From an uncultured cyanobacterium (GTDB lineage Bacteria > Cyanobacteriota > Cyanobacteriia > Phormidesmidales > Phormidesmidaceae): 64,000 nucleotides of DNA. Positions 30,005 to 38,891 of the stretch are shown here, piece by piece (the stretch's first letter is position 1; every line of letters starts with the position of its first letter). The notes under the pieces were generated by a model. It saw nothing but the letters and a program-made list of their open reading frames with translations. It did not search any database and was not told the DNA's origin. Where the stretch lies: contig CAWBZI010000001.1 in the NCBI GenBank assembly GCA_963793265.1, positions 832,001 to 896,000 on the forward strand. Reading direction: 5' to 3'. The position numbers and the translations under genes are program-made.

Positions 30005-30763
30005 TCACCAAACGAACCCAGAACGCACCCGATGAATAGTCTGTGGCAAAACACCCACCAGCAGCGCAAACGCCTCATCTGGAACCAAATCTACCGTACT
30101 TTGATCGAAGTACGTCTTAAACTGCTCCAAAATCATCCGCGCTCGGTCATCAGGACTAGGCTGATCGGTAAAATTCTGAGTCAACCGAATCCACTGCAGC
30201 CGAATCTTGATTGCATTCTGATGTGCCTCGTGAGAATCAGGCGACAGCAAAGACAAATTGCCGATAGGAATAAGTTTGACAATATCATTGTCCAAATCAC
30301 CACCGACAGCTGCCCCTGGCCCCGCAAACTCAGCGTGAAACTCGCGAATTACAATCAGCCCGTTGCGACGGCGGCTATTCACGACCCATAGCTGACCGCT
30401 GTCTATCTTTTCAACCACTTCGTCAACTTTAAGATTTTGGTTCACGGATGTGCCGAAGAATTTCCAGTCACCTGACTTATGCTGGGTGGCTTGCAAAACT
30501 GATGACGATGAAGTGGCTTTCATACCAGCGTCTGTACCATTGCTAACCTGGGTAGCCATAGCGGTAGCCGGGGGGTTAGCCAGAGGGTGCGCACTGATAC
30601 TATCAGAGCCGCCTGATGACTCACAAGTAGGTCGCTTGTTTATCTGGCCGTTTATCTGATTGCGTCCTAAGGGAATACGACCCAACGAGGCGTAACCCAG
30701 CGGTTCTCGGCCCGCCGTTTCGACAGACATAGGCACTCTATTAACGGTGGGCGTAAGATCCAT
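30005..30763 (-). CDS. Conserved protein with a degenerate Crp/Fnr-like C-terminal region (start uncertain)
   Basis: GLIV...EFAGPGAAVGG beta-rich part, then DRARMILEQF and an HTH-like PDEAFALLVGVLPQTIHRVR. Confidence 0.6.
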   Translation of the reverse strand: MDLTPTVNRVPMSVETAGREPLGYASLGRIPLGRNQINGQINKRPTCESSGGSDSISAHPLANPPATAMATQVSNGTDAGMKATSSSSVLQATQHKSGDWKFFGTSVNQNLKVDEVVEKIDSGQLWVVNSRRRNGLIVIREFHAEFAGPGAAVGGDLDNDIVKLIPIGNLSLLSPDSHEAHQNAIKIRLQWIRLTQNFTDQPSPDDRARMILEQFKTYFDQSTVDLVPDEAFALLVGVLPQTIHRVRSGFVW

Positions 30764-31113
30764 AAATTGGGATGTTCACTCAGCGTATCTGGCAACATCA
30801 ACGTGTGACTACTCCTAATGTGATACGAATTTTGGCAATATCTAAAAAGAACAAATAGTTTTTATTCATTCTTTATGACGCAGCAATCCATACTTTATAC
30901 ACATTACATAAAACTCCCTCAATTCAGTTTTTTACGTCAGTACATATATGCAAATTACTTTGTAAAATTTGCAACAACGATGCCGCATTAGGCACGCAAG
31001 CATATCTGGGCTTCAAAGCTGCTTCAAGTTCTTCAGACGCTACACACAATGCACTTGTTGATCCTCTCTTCAAAGATTAGCTTTTCTTAATATATGAATA
31101 GAGGCCCAAACCG

Positions 31114-31704
31114 TCATCGCACTCGCTTTGAAAGTAGCAGGCGTTGGGGCCTTAGTCCCAGACCCGAAAGGATAGGATTACTAACCTCGCAAGGGCTATA
31201 TCCTGCTTGAGCGTAAAGTGCCTGAGCAGCGTCGTTATCTGCCATTACGTGAAGATATATACGGCGAAAGCCCCAGCTTAGAGCAATGCTCTCGCAAGTT
31301 GATAAGAGCTGCTGCGCTGCGCCCTGACGACGACTGTCAGGGCTAATTGCCAGATTAGCCAGGTAAGCTCGCTTTGGCGGAAAAAGTTGCCAGGTTTCGC
31401 AGGGGCGTTGAGAAATTTCGGCGGTGCCGATTACCGTATCAGACTGGGTTGCATCAGGGTGGAGGGTCACAGCTACCAGGCAAGCATACTGACCCACTGG
31501 CGTCTTTATTTTGACCTTGATGTCTTCTTGAATTCCAATTCGCAAAATCCAATATAACCATTGCGTGGCTTTGGCTTGAGCGTAAAAACTAGAGAGCAGA
31601 ACGCTAACAATTTGAGCCAAATCTTTTGGCTGAGCTGCTCGAATGCGGAAGGGTTGCCGCTGATATGCGGTCGTAATTTCGCGCTCGGCATTGGCCTTAG
31701 GCAT
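31114..31704 (-). CDS. GNAT family N-acetyltransferase
   Basis: YLANLAISPDSRRQGAAQQLL, LHVMADNDAAQALYAQAGY; likely start MPKANAE at 31704. Confidence 0.9.
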   Translation of the reverse strand: MPKANAEREITTAYQRQPFRIRAAQPKDLAQIVSVLLSSFYAQAKATQWLYWILRIGIQEDIKVKIKTPVGQYACLVAVTLHPDATQSDTVIGTAEISQRPCETWQLFPPKRAYLANLAISPDSRRQGAAQQLLSTCESIALSWGFRRIYLHVMADNDAAQALYAQAGYSPCEVSNPILSGLGLRPQRLLLSKRVR

Positions 31705-31812
31705 AGTAAAAACTCGAAAGAGGGTGGGAACTTTATAAAAGACGTTGCACAGTCGCCTCCGCACTGTCAGGGGTTTCAACGATATTTCGGTCTAAATGTG
31801 AGAGATTGATGC

Positions 31813-34800
31813 ATGGCAGTTAGAGAGCGCAGTCGGCGGAAAAAAACATCCAAACACAAAATCTTAGTGGTGGATGACGAGCCCGATAATTTAGATCTGC
31901 TCTACCGGACATTCTACCGAGATTTCAAGGTTATTAAGGCTCAAAGCGGTCACGATGCTTTAGAACTGCTCTCTGAACAAGGCGATATTGCAGTAATTAT
32001 CTCTGACCAGCGAATGCCAGGAATGAGCGGGACAGAGCTGCTGCGCCTCACTGCCGACAGATACCCTAATTCCATTCGGGTCATGCTGACTGGCTACACC
32101 GACGTAGAAGACCTAGTAGAAGCGATCAACGAAGGTAAGGTCTTCAAGTACGTCACTAAACCTTGGGAAGAAGAAGACTTGCGCACAGTCGTAAACCAAG
32201 CAGTAGACACTCACAGCGTTCTCAGTGCACGCACTCAGGAACTCAATCGGGTATTGCGCCAAGAAACCCTACTCAACGCGATTACCAATACCATTCGCAG
32301 CGCGCAGACCTCACAGGAGATGCTGAAAACAATCGTGGAGACGCTGGGTAAAGCCTTTGAGCTGGACTACGGCATTGTTAAGCCCATCTCTGATGTAGAA
32401 CTAAACTCTCCGGCGTTCCACTATGTAGGCATTGAGGTGCCACAGTCTCGTCGAATAGATGGCTCAGCGGAGCTATCTCCTGACACCTTGGAATTGCTAG
32501 AACGAACCGTTTGGCAAACAGCGTTTACACAGCATTTAGAAGTTCCTGAAGACGTCGCCGAGGCTTCACCTACTCAGGCAAACGCTGCGGCCTATCAGGC
32601 GTTAGAAATTAGTACCAGCCTACTGATTCCACTCGCTTGTAAGCATGATGTATTGGCGGTGTTGGCACTTCATAAGTGCGCGCATCAAAAACCATGGGAA
32701 GAGAGCGAGATTAAGCTACTGACGACTCTAGCCGATCAAGCAGCGCTTGCCCTTTCTCAGACCTGGACGTATGAGCGGGTACAGTCTTTAGCGCAAAGAG
32801 AGGGACTGATTAATACCATCACGCAGGCGCTGCACGCCAGTTTGGAACCGAGCGAAATTTTTGCAGCTATTACTGAGAAGCTTGGCCAAGCACTTTATTC
32901 TGATAGCTGTACACTATCGCTCTGGACAGACGGAAATTCTCAGTGCGTAGGGCGTTACGATGCGATGGCTATTACTGCTCCAATGCTGCCAGAGCCGAGT
33001 ATCGAAATTACTCGTCATCCTGTCTTCAGCCGTTTGCTCGCGACAAAGCAGCCCGTTGTGATCAATACAGCCGACTGCACTGACACTCATCTTTCTGCTA
33101 CAGGAATGGGCTCAACCAAGGCACTATTAGCAGTGCCCTTACTCGCAGACGCTAAGATCACAGGCTGCATTGAACTACAGCAAGCGCATTGCGATCGCCA
33201 ATGGCAAAAAGACGAAGTAACCCTAGCGCTAGCCGTCGCCAACCAGGCCGCCGTCGCCGTACAGCAAGCCAATCTCTACCAAAAGAGCCGTCACCAGGCC
33301 GAACAGCTCTTAGAACTTGACCAGCAAAAAAACGCCTTTTTCCAAAACATCTCTCACGAATTTCGCACGCCGCTGACCCTTACCATTGGCCCGCTAGAAT
33401 CAGCCGTAGAGCGGGATGAAGGTCTAGATCCAGCGCAGTCAAAAATTGCGCTCCGAAATTCTCGACGACTGCTCAGGCTAGTTAACCAACTGCTCGATCT
33501 TCAGCGGCTAGATGCAGGTAAAATGCAGCCAACCTTCAGGCCCTGCGACTTTGCTCTATTTACCACAGAAGTTGTCGAGTCATTTCAAACTTACTGCGAA
33601 CGAAAAGAAATTGCGCTCAGTACTGATATCAGCACCTGCCCGCCGGTCTATCTGGATATAGAGAAGTTCGATAAGGTTCTCTATAACCTGCTCTCCAACG
33701 CCATGAAATTTACCCCAGCCGGTAAATCTATCACCGTCAGGCTCAAAGAAGCGAACGGCATGGCTCAGCTACAGGTGCAAGACGAAGGCATCGGCATCCG
33801 CGAAGACCAAATTCCTCACTTATTTGAGCGGTTTCGCCAGGCTGACGGCTCTGCGAACCGGCACTATGAAGGAACGGGACTAGGGCTATCGCTAGTGCAG
33901 GAGCTTTCTGAGCTACACGGCGGAAAAGTAACCGTGAACTCAAACTATGGGCAGGGCACGACCTTCACGATTGATTTACCTTTAGGCGCTAAGCATCTGC
34001 CCGCCGATCAGGTTATAGAAGAAACGCTTCAAACCCAAAAGGGTCGAGCGGCCATAGAACTATCTGATATTGAAATGGCCTCAGCAACGGCGGATCGCCC
34101 GGTAAGCTTGCCAGATGAAGTGAGCGGCGATCAAACCGAAAGGGCTTCTTTTGAAGGCTCTCAGATTCTAGTCGTAGATGATAATCCTGACCTGCGAGCC
34201 TATGTCTCTAGCGTATTGCAGCGCGTAGGCTATCAGGTACGAACGGCCGAACAGGGCGCAGCTGGGCTCGAAATGGCTACAACTCATCATCCCGACCTGA
34301 TTATTACTGACTTGATGATGCCAGGCGTTAACGGGCTCGAAATGATTGAGCGGATTCGCAAAGACACCGCGCTTCAGGGTACGCCGATTGTTTTGCTCAC
34401 GGCCAAAGTAGACAGTGAAACCCGATTGGAAGGCGTTGAGCAGGGTGCAGACGCCTACCTGTCTAAACCGTTCAATGACAGAGAGCTGCTAGCAGAAGTC
34501 CGCAATCTGCTAGCGCTCAAAGCTAACGAGCGCAAGGTGGCTCAGCTCAATCAGTATTTAACCGAGTCTGTGCTGCAGCGCTTTTTGCCACCCTCTCTGG
34601 TGAAAAAGGCCAATGAAGGCAAGTTGCAGCTAGATTTGCGGCCTGAGCCTCGCTTGGTCACGGTTCTGTTTAGCGACATTGTGGGCTTTACGCAGTTGAG
34701 CAATACCTTGCGATCGCGCCGAGTCGCTGAACTGCTCAATGAATACTTAGAAACCATGACCCACGCCATTTTCAACAACGGTGGCACGGTCGATAAATTC

Positions 34801-35208
34801 ATGGGTGATGCGGTACTTGCGCTTTTTGGCGCGCCAGAAGAGATGAGTCCGAATGAGCAGGTCAAGCGGGCGATCGCTTCTGCCCGTCAAATGTACAAAG
34901 ATCTAGACGGACTCAATAAGCGCTGGGCCGAGCAAGGCATCGGCCCCGTAAAATTCCGCTGCGGCATCCACCAGGGCACCGCCGTTGTGGGTATGTTTGG
35001 CAGCTCCGAACGCTCCGACTACACCGCCATCGGCCCCAGCGTTAACATCGCCGCTCGCATCCAAGAATCAGCCACCGCCGAAACCATCCTGGTGTCCGCC
35101 GCCGTTGCTGATTACCTAGACGAACAGGAAATTGTAAAATTTGAGCCGCTAAAGCTCAAAGGCATCGACGAAACCGTCCTAACCTTCGGCGTCAAAACAC
35201 GTCTATAG
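31813..35208 (+). CDS. cyaC: Multidomain adenylate cyclase (REC-GAF-GAF-HisKA-HATPase-REC-class III cyclase)
   Basis: ILVVDDE/SDQRMP; two GAF domains; SHEFRTPL; NLLSNAMKF, DEGIG, GTGLGL; second REC; FSDIVGFT, DKFMGD, YTAIGPSVNIAARI. Confidence 0.95.
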   Translation: MAVRERSRRKKTSKHKILVVDDEPDNLDLLYRTFYRDFKVIKAQSGHDALELLSEQGDIAVIISDQRMPGMSGTELLRLTADRYPNSIRVMLTGYTDVEDLVEAINEGKVFKYVTKPWEEEDLRTVVNQAVDTHSVLSARTQELNRVLRQETLLNAITNTIRSAQTSQEMLKTIVETLGKAFELDYGIVKPISDVELNSPAFHYVGIEVPQSRRIDGSAELSPDTLELLERTVWQTAFTQHLEVPEDVAEASPTQANAAAYQALEISTSLLIPLACKHDVLAVLALHKCAHQKPWEESEIKLLTTLADQAALALSQTWTYERVQSLAQREGLINTITQALHASLEPSEIFAAITEKLGQALYSDSCTLSLWTDGNSQCVGRYDAMAITAPMLPEPSIEITRHPVFSRLLATKQPVVINTADCTDTHLSATGMGSTKALLAVPLLADAKITGCIELQQAHCDRQWQKDEVTLALAVANQAAVAVQQANLYQKSRHQAEQLLELDQQKNAFFQNISHEFRTPLTLTIGPLESAVERDEGLDPAQSKIALRNSRRLLRLVNQLLDLQRLDAGKMQPTFRPCDFALFTTEVVESFQTYCERKEIALSTDISTCPPVYLDIEKFDKVLYNLLSNAMKFTPAGKSITVRLKEANGMAQLQVQDEGIGIREDQIPHLFERFRQADGSANRHYEGTGLGLSLVQELSELHGGKVTVNSNYGQGTTFTIDLPLGAKHLPADQVIEETLQTQKGRAAIELSDIEMASATADRPVSLPDEVSGDQTERASFEGSQILVVDDNPDLRAYVSSVLQRVGYQVRTAEQGAAGLEMATTHHPDLIITDLMMPGVNGLEMIERIRKDTALQGTPIVLLTAKVDSETRLEGVEQGADAYLSKPFNDRELLAEVRNLLALKANERKVAQLNQYLTESVLQRFLPPSLVKKANEGKLQLDLRPEPRLVTVLFSDIVGFTQLSNTLRSRRVAELLNEYLETMTHAIFNNGGTVDKFMGDAVLALFGAPEEMSPNEQVKRAIASARQMYKDLDGLNKRWAEQGIGPVKFRCGIHQGTAVVGMFGSSERSDYTAIGPSVNIAARIQESATAETILVSAAVADYLDEQEIVKFEPLKLKGIDETVLTFGVKTRL

Positions 35209-35286
35209 CAGCCCGTAAAAGTGCTAGCTTGTTAGAAATTCAGCGGATTTACATAGTACGCCGCTGCTAACAGAAATTTTAGGCAG

Positions 35287-36321
35287 ATGGTTTCGCCGCT
35301 CAAAACTTGGAAACACCCTGAATCTGAACAACTTTGGCCCATCTTAGGCGGACTTTCCGTACTAGCTCACATCGGCATATTAGGCTTCAGCCTGCCCTAT
35401 GTATTTGAGTTAATGCAGACCTCTGGCTCGTCAGAGTCCGCCGCGACTATTCCCATAGAACTCATCGTCGAGCCTTCTCAAAATCCTGACGATGCCGTAT
35501 CAAATCAGATTCAATCCACAGACACAGGCCCGATTCAGCCTGAAGTCTCCTCTAATGAGTCTGATGCTATTAGTGGCGCTGAGGCAACCCCCTTATTTCA
35601 GGAACCTTCGACAAATGCAGCACCGCTAGAACCAACACCGACTGCCACAAAGGCTGAGTCTCAAGAAAGGCAAAGCAGCGATCGCTCAACAAGCACATCC
35701 TCCGGTTCTACTAACGAAGAGAGCGGAGGAACCGCAGAAACCGAAAGCAGCACAAGTAGTACAGACTCTCCTGAGAGTACCTCTCCGTCACCTGCTCAAG
35801 ATACAGAAAGTCAAACCACTGGTTCAGGCGAAGACAATCTTGAAGCAAGCAATAACGAGCCGACAGAGCTACCAACCATTGCTAGCGAAGGAGTTTTGCC
35901 AGCGCCAGAGGAATTAACTCAAGCAGCAAATGCGCGATCGCTCCAATCAGCCGCGCTAAGCATTGTGGACTTCAGTGAAGTAGACGGCATTCAGCGAGAC
36001 GTAGGCAAAACGCCGCCTCGACCAAAAGAAGGGAACCTATCGAGTGCTATCGTGCTCAATCCTAGCGACGCAGGCTGCGGGCGACTTGAATTCTCACAGC
36101 AGCAGTGGGTCTATAGAGTAGCGGTGCGCGAGAACGGCACGATTCAAACGGCAACGCCTTGGACGGGAGGAATTAGTAAGCCGTTGAGTATAGAGGAAGA
36201 GGCGATCACCTGCCTCATAGAAAACGCGGGCTTCGAGTTTGAACCTGCCCTTTTTGATGGACAGCCGATATTAGATGACAACCTGCTGCTCACTATCAGC
36301 CTGATCGAGGTGCCTCAATAG
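35287..36321 (+). CDS. TonB/TolA-like single-pass membrane protein
   Basis: TM helix with an S-x3-H motif (LSVLAHIGIL), a long S/T/E/P linker, and C-terminal FEFEPALFDGQPI. Confidence 0.55.
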   Translation: MVSPLKTWKHPESEQLWPILGGLSVLAHIGILGFSLPYVFELMQTSGSSESAATIPIELIVEPSQNPDDAVSNQIQSTDTGPIQPEVSSNESDAISGAEATPLFQEPSTNAAPLEPTPTATKAESQERQSSDRSTSTSSGSTNEESGGTAETESSTSSTDSPESTSPSPAQDTESQTTGSGEDNLEASNNEPTELPTIASEGVLPAPEELTQAANARSLQSAALSIVDFSEVDGIQRDVGKTPPRPKEGNLSSAIVLNPSDAGCGRLEFSQQQWVYRVAVRENGTIQTATPWTGGISKPLSIEEEAITCLIENAGFEFEPALFDGQPILDDNLLLTISLIEVPQ

Positions 36322-36411
36322 TTTCTGAGTGAACACCAGAAAAATTACCTATAGGCTCTAAGCACAAAACCATGATACGGTATCTAAGCTATTATCGAGA
36401 TAGCGCCATTT

Positions 36412-36482
36412 GCGGGTGTAGTTTAGTGGTAAAACTCTAGCCTTCCAAGCTAATAATGGGGGTTCGATTCCCCCCACCCGCT
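36412..36482 (+). tRNA. trnG: tRNA-Gly (anticodon TCC)
   Basis: Cloverleaf: GCGGGTG/CACCCGC acceptor stem, GTTT/AAAC D-stem, CTTCCAA anticodon loop, GGGGG-TTCGATT-CCCCC T-arm; CCA not encoded. Confidence 0.97.
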
Positions 36483-36499
36483 TCTACTACTCCAAAACT

Positions 36500-38785
36500 C
36501 TACAGTTCGTTAGCCGCTACTTCCGGTGAAGGATTTTCTACGGACATAGGCTCCAGTATGGGCTCAGATGCGTTCTGTTCTCTCGACTCTAGATCTACCC
36601 CTAGAGCGGCCTCACGCAGCGCAACATTATGACCCTTATGCCCATTAATCACCATTCCCAAAACAGAAGCACTGGAACTCTCCAAGTCTTCTATAGTTTG
36701 TTGTAGTAAGGACTTATTAGTCTGATCTAACCTAACTACTAAAACCAGTCCATCGGTTTGATGACTGATAATACCAGCATCAGCAAGCCCAGAAAGTGGC
36801 GGCACATCAATCAAGATGAGATCGTAGAACTTCTCGTAATAAGACAAGATTTCTCGCATCTTAGGAGAGCCTAAAAGATTAGCCGGATTCTCAGCAGGCG
36901 GGCCGCCCGTAACAACATAGAGCTTTTCGTCAGGCCGAACCTGTTGTAGTCCTTCAGGCGGCTTTAGCTCTGTACTCAGCAAAGTACTCAGCCCAACCTG
37001 ATTGGGAATATCTAGAATTCGGTGTACCTGCGGATTTCTCAAAACACCATCTATCAGCAGCACTCGCTGGCCCATACTAGCTGCTGTTTCAGCCCAGTTG
37101 AGCGCCAGCGTAGATTTACCATCGCCCGGACTCACAGAGCTGACGGTGATTGTACGAGCAGGTTTATCAGCGCCGCTCATTTTCAGCTTGAAGTTGATCA
37201 CGCGCAGCGCTTCTACAAACTCAGCAGACGTATCGTATTCATCTAGCAGTGAAAGAGCGATCGCGCTCATAGATTTTGAGACTTTTGCGCTGGATTTAAT
37301 GAGCAGCGATCGCATACGACTCAGCAATTTCCGCTTACGCCGACCACCGTTTCCCTCCATATCATTTAAGAAAAGCTGTTGATTGAAAGGCAATACGCCC
37401 AATACAGGCAGCTTAACTTTAGCCCTTAGCTGCTCGGTAGAGTGATAAGTATTATCCAGCTTGTCTATAGCAAAAGCAAAAGCGCCACCCAAAGCAAGCC
37501 CCATCAACAAAGCTGTAGCCAAATCCTTCACCGTATCTGAAGCGATTGGATAAGTAGATGGCTCCCTGACGACCTCCCAAGGAATCTCTCTTTGAGCGGC
37601 CTCAACTTGCAGCGTTTGCCGCGTCTTCAAAAAGTCCGTCAAGCTGTCGCCTGCGAGTTCTATCTCTTTCTGTAAAGATCCATACTGCCGGTTCAACACA
37701 GGCATTGCTCGAAGCTGACGCTCCAAACCAGCCCGCGTCTCATTAACTGCCGCCAGTTGAGTTTCCAAAGACTGCAACCGAACAGTCGCCTCTGCAAAGC
37801 GGTTAGCAATAAAGCGTTCGGCCTGCTGCTCTAACAGCGGAAATAAGTTCGCGCGCTGCTTCTCAAGGCTCTGAATCGCCGGATTCTCAGGGCGAAAGCG
37901 AGTTAGCTCTACAGCAATCTGAGCCTCAATCGCTCTAATCTGATTTTGCAGCGCCCGATAGGCAGGATCTTGCTCTATGGCAACTTGCATTCCATCATCT
38001 TGCTGCAAAACACTAGCCTGCGACTGAACAGTCACTATTGCCTGTTCTAGCTCCTGTTGTTGCTGTCTAAGTACGGCTATCTGACCAGCAATTTGCGCAG
38101 ACTCAGCGCCAGGATCTACAAAGCTATTCTGCTGCTGAAAAGCTTCCAACTCATCTTGCAGGCCGTTTAACTGGGTTCCTAAGCTTTCGATTTGTTCATC
38201 GACAAACTGAAGCCCCTGGCGAAGGTATGTCTGCCGCTCATTCAAACTATACTGCAAATATTTTTGTGCTAAAGCTTCTAGTACTGCTTGAACTTGAGCA
38301 GCGTCGCTGCTTTCGTAAGCAATTTGCAACAGTTTAGTCTCACCTACACGTCTTATCTGAATGCCATTAGCAAGCAGCCCGTAGCGTAATTCTGGATAGC
38401 TCGGCTGTAGCGATTCTGCAACTTCACCTAACAGCTCTGGGCTTTTTAAGATAGCTACCTGCGTAGGATAGTCCAATGCTGAGCGCTGTCTGCGACTAGC
38501 CCCCGTTGGATCTGCTAGGCTCGCATTTTCAGCATTGACAGGCTCTACCAAAATTTGGAATCCACCTGTATATTGAGTCGGCTGGTTCAGCGTATTCCAT
38601 GCCGAATAGCCAAAAAACGTAACGGCCACACCCAAAACAACGAAGGCCCTTCGCTTCATCAAGCCTAAAACTGTTCCAACACCGCCTTCATTGCTATCCA
38701 TAGTTGCTTGTGCAGCAGCAGGTAGTCGGCTCGCAGATAGGTAGCTACCTGACATAGAACTTGGTGTAGATGATGATTCTGTCAT
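36500..38785 (-). CDS. wzc: Polysaccharide co-polymerase / BY-kinase-like (Wzc/GumC)
   Basis: Two TM segments flanking a coiled coil; SPGDGKST (Walker A), LLIDGVLR, LILIDVPP, LGMVIN. Confidence 0.92.
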   Translation of the reverse strand: MTESSSTPSSMSGSYLSASRLPAAAQATMDSNEGGVGTVLGLMKRRAFVVLGVAVTFFGYSAWNTLNQPTQYTGGFQILVEPVNAENASLADPTGASRRQRSALDYPTQVAILKSPELLGEVAESLQPSYPELRYGLLANGIQIRRVGETKLLQIAYESSDAAQVQAVLEALAQKYLQYSLNERQTYLRQGLQFVDEQIESLGTQLNGLQDELEAFQQQNSFVDPGAESAQIAGQIAVLRQQQQELEQAIVTVQSQASVLQQDDGMQVAIEQDPAYRALQNQIRAIEAQIAVELTRFRPENPAIQSLEKQRANLFPLLEQQAERFIANRFAEATVRLQSLETQLAAVNETRAGLERQLRAMPVLNRQYGSLQKEIELAGDSLTDFLKTRQTLQVEAAQREIPWEVVREPSTYPIASDTVKDLATALLMGLALGGAFAFAIDKLDNTYHSTEQLRAKVKLPVLGVLPFNQQLFLNDMEGNGGRRKRKLLSRMRSLLIKSSAKVSKSMSAIALSLLDEYDTSAEFVEALRVINFKLKMSGADKPARTITVSSVSPGDGKSTLALNWAETAASMGQRVLLIDGVLRNPQVHRILDIPNQVGLSTLLSTELKPPEGLQQVRPDEKLYVVTGGPPAENPANLLGSPKMREILSYYEKFYDLILIDVPPLSGLADAGIISHQTDGLVLVVRLDQTNKSLLQQTIEDLESSSASVLGMVINGHKGHNVALREAALGVDLESREQNASEPILEPMSVENPSPEVAANEL

Positions 38786-38891
38786 AGCTTCAAAACAGTT
38801 AGCGGTACGTCAGCTAGCTTATATAGAGGAGGTCAGAAGTTTGATATTTAGGAGAGTGGAAGGCTGAACTTTGGATAAAAGCACAGGGACT

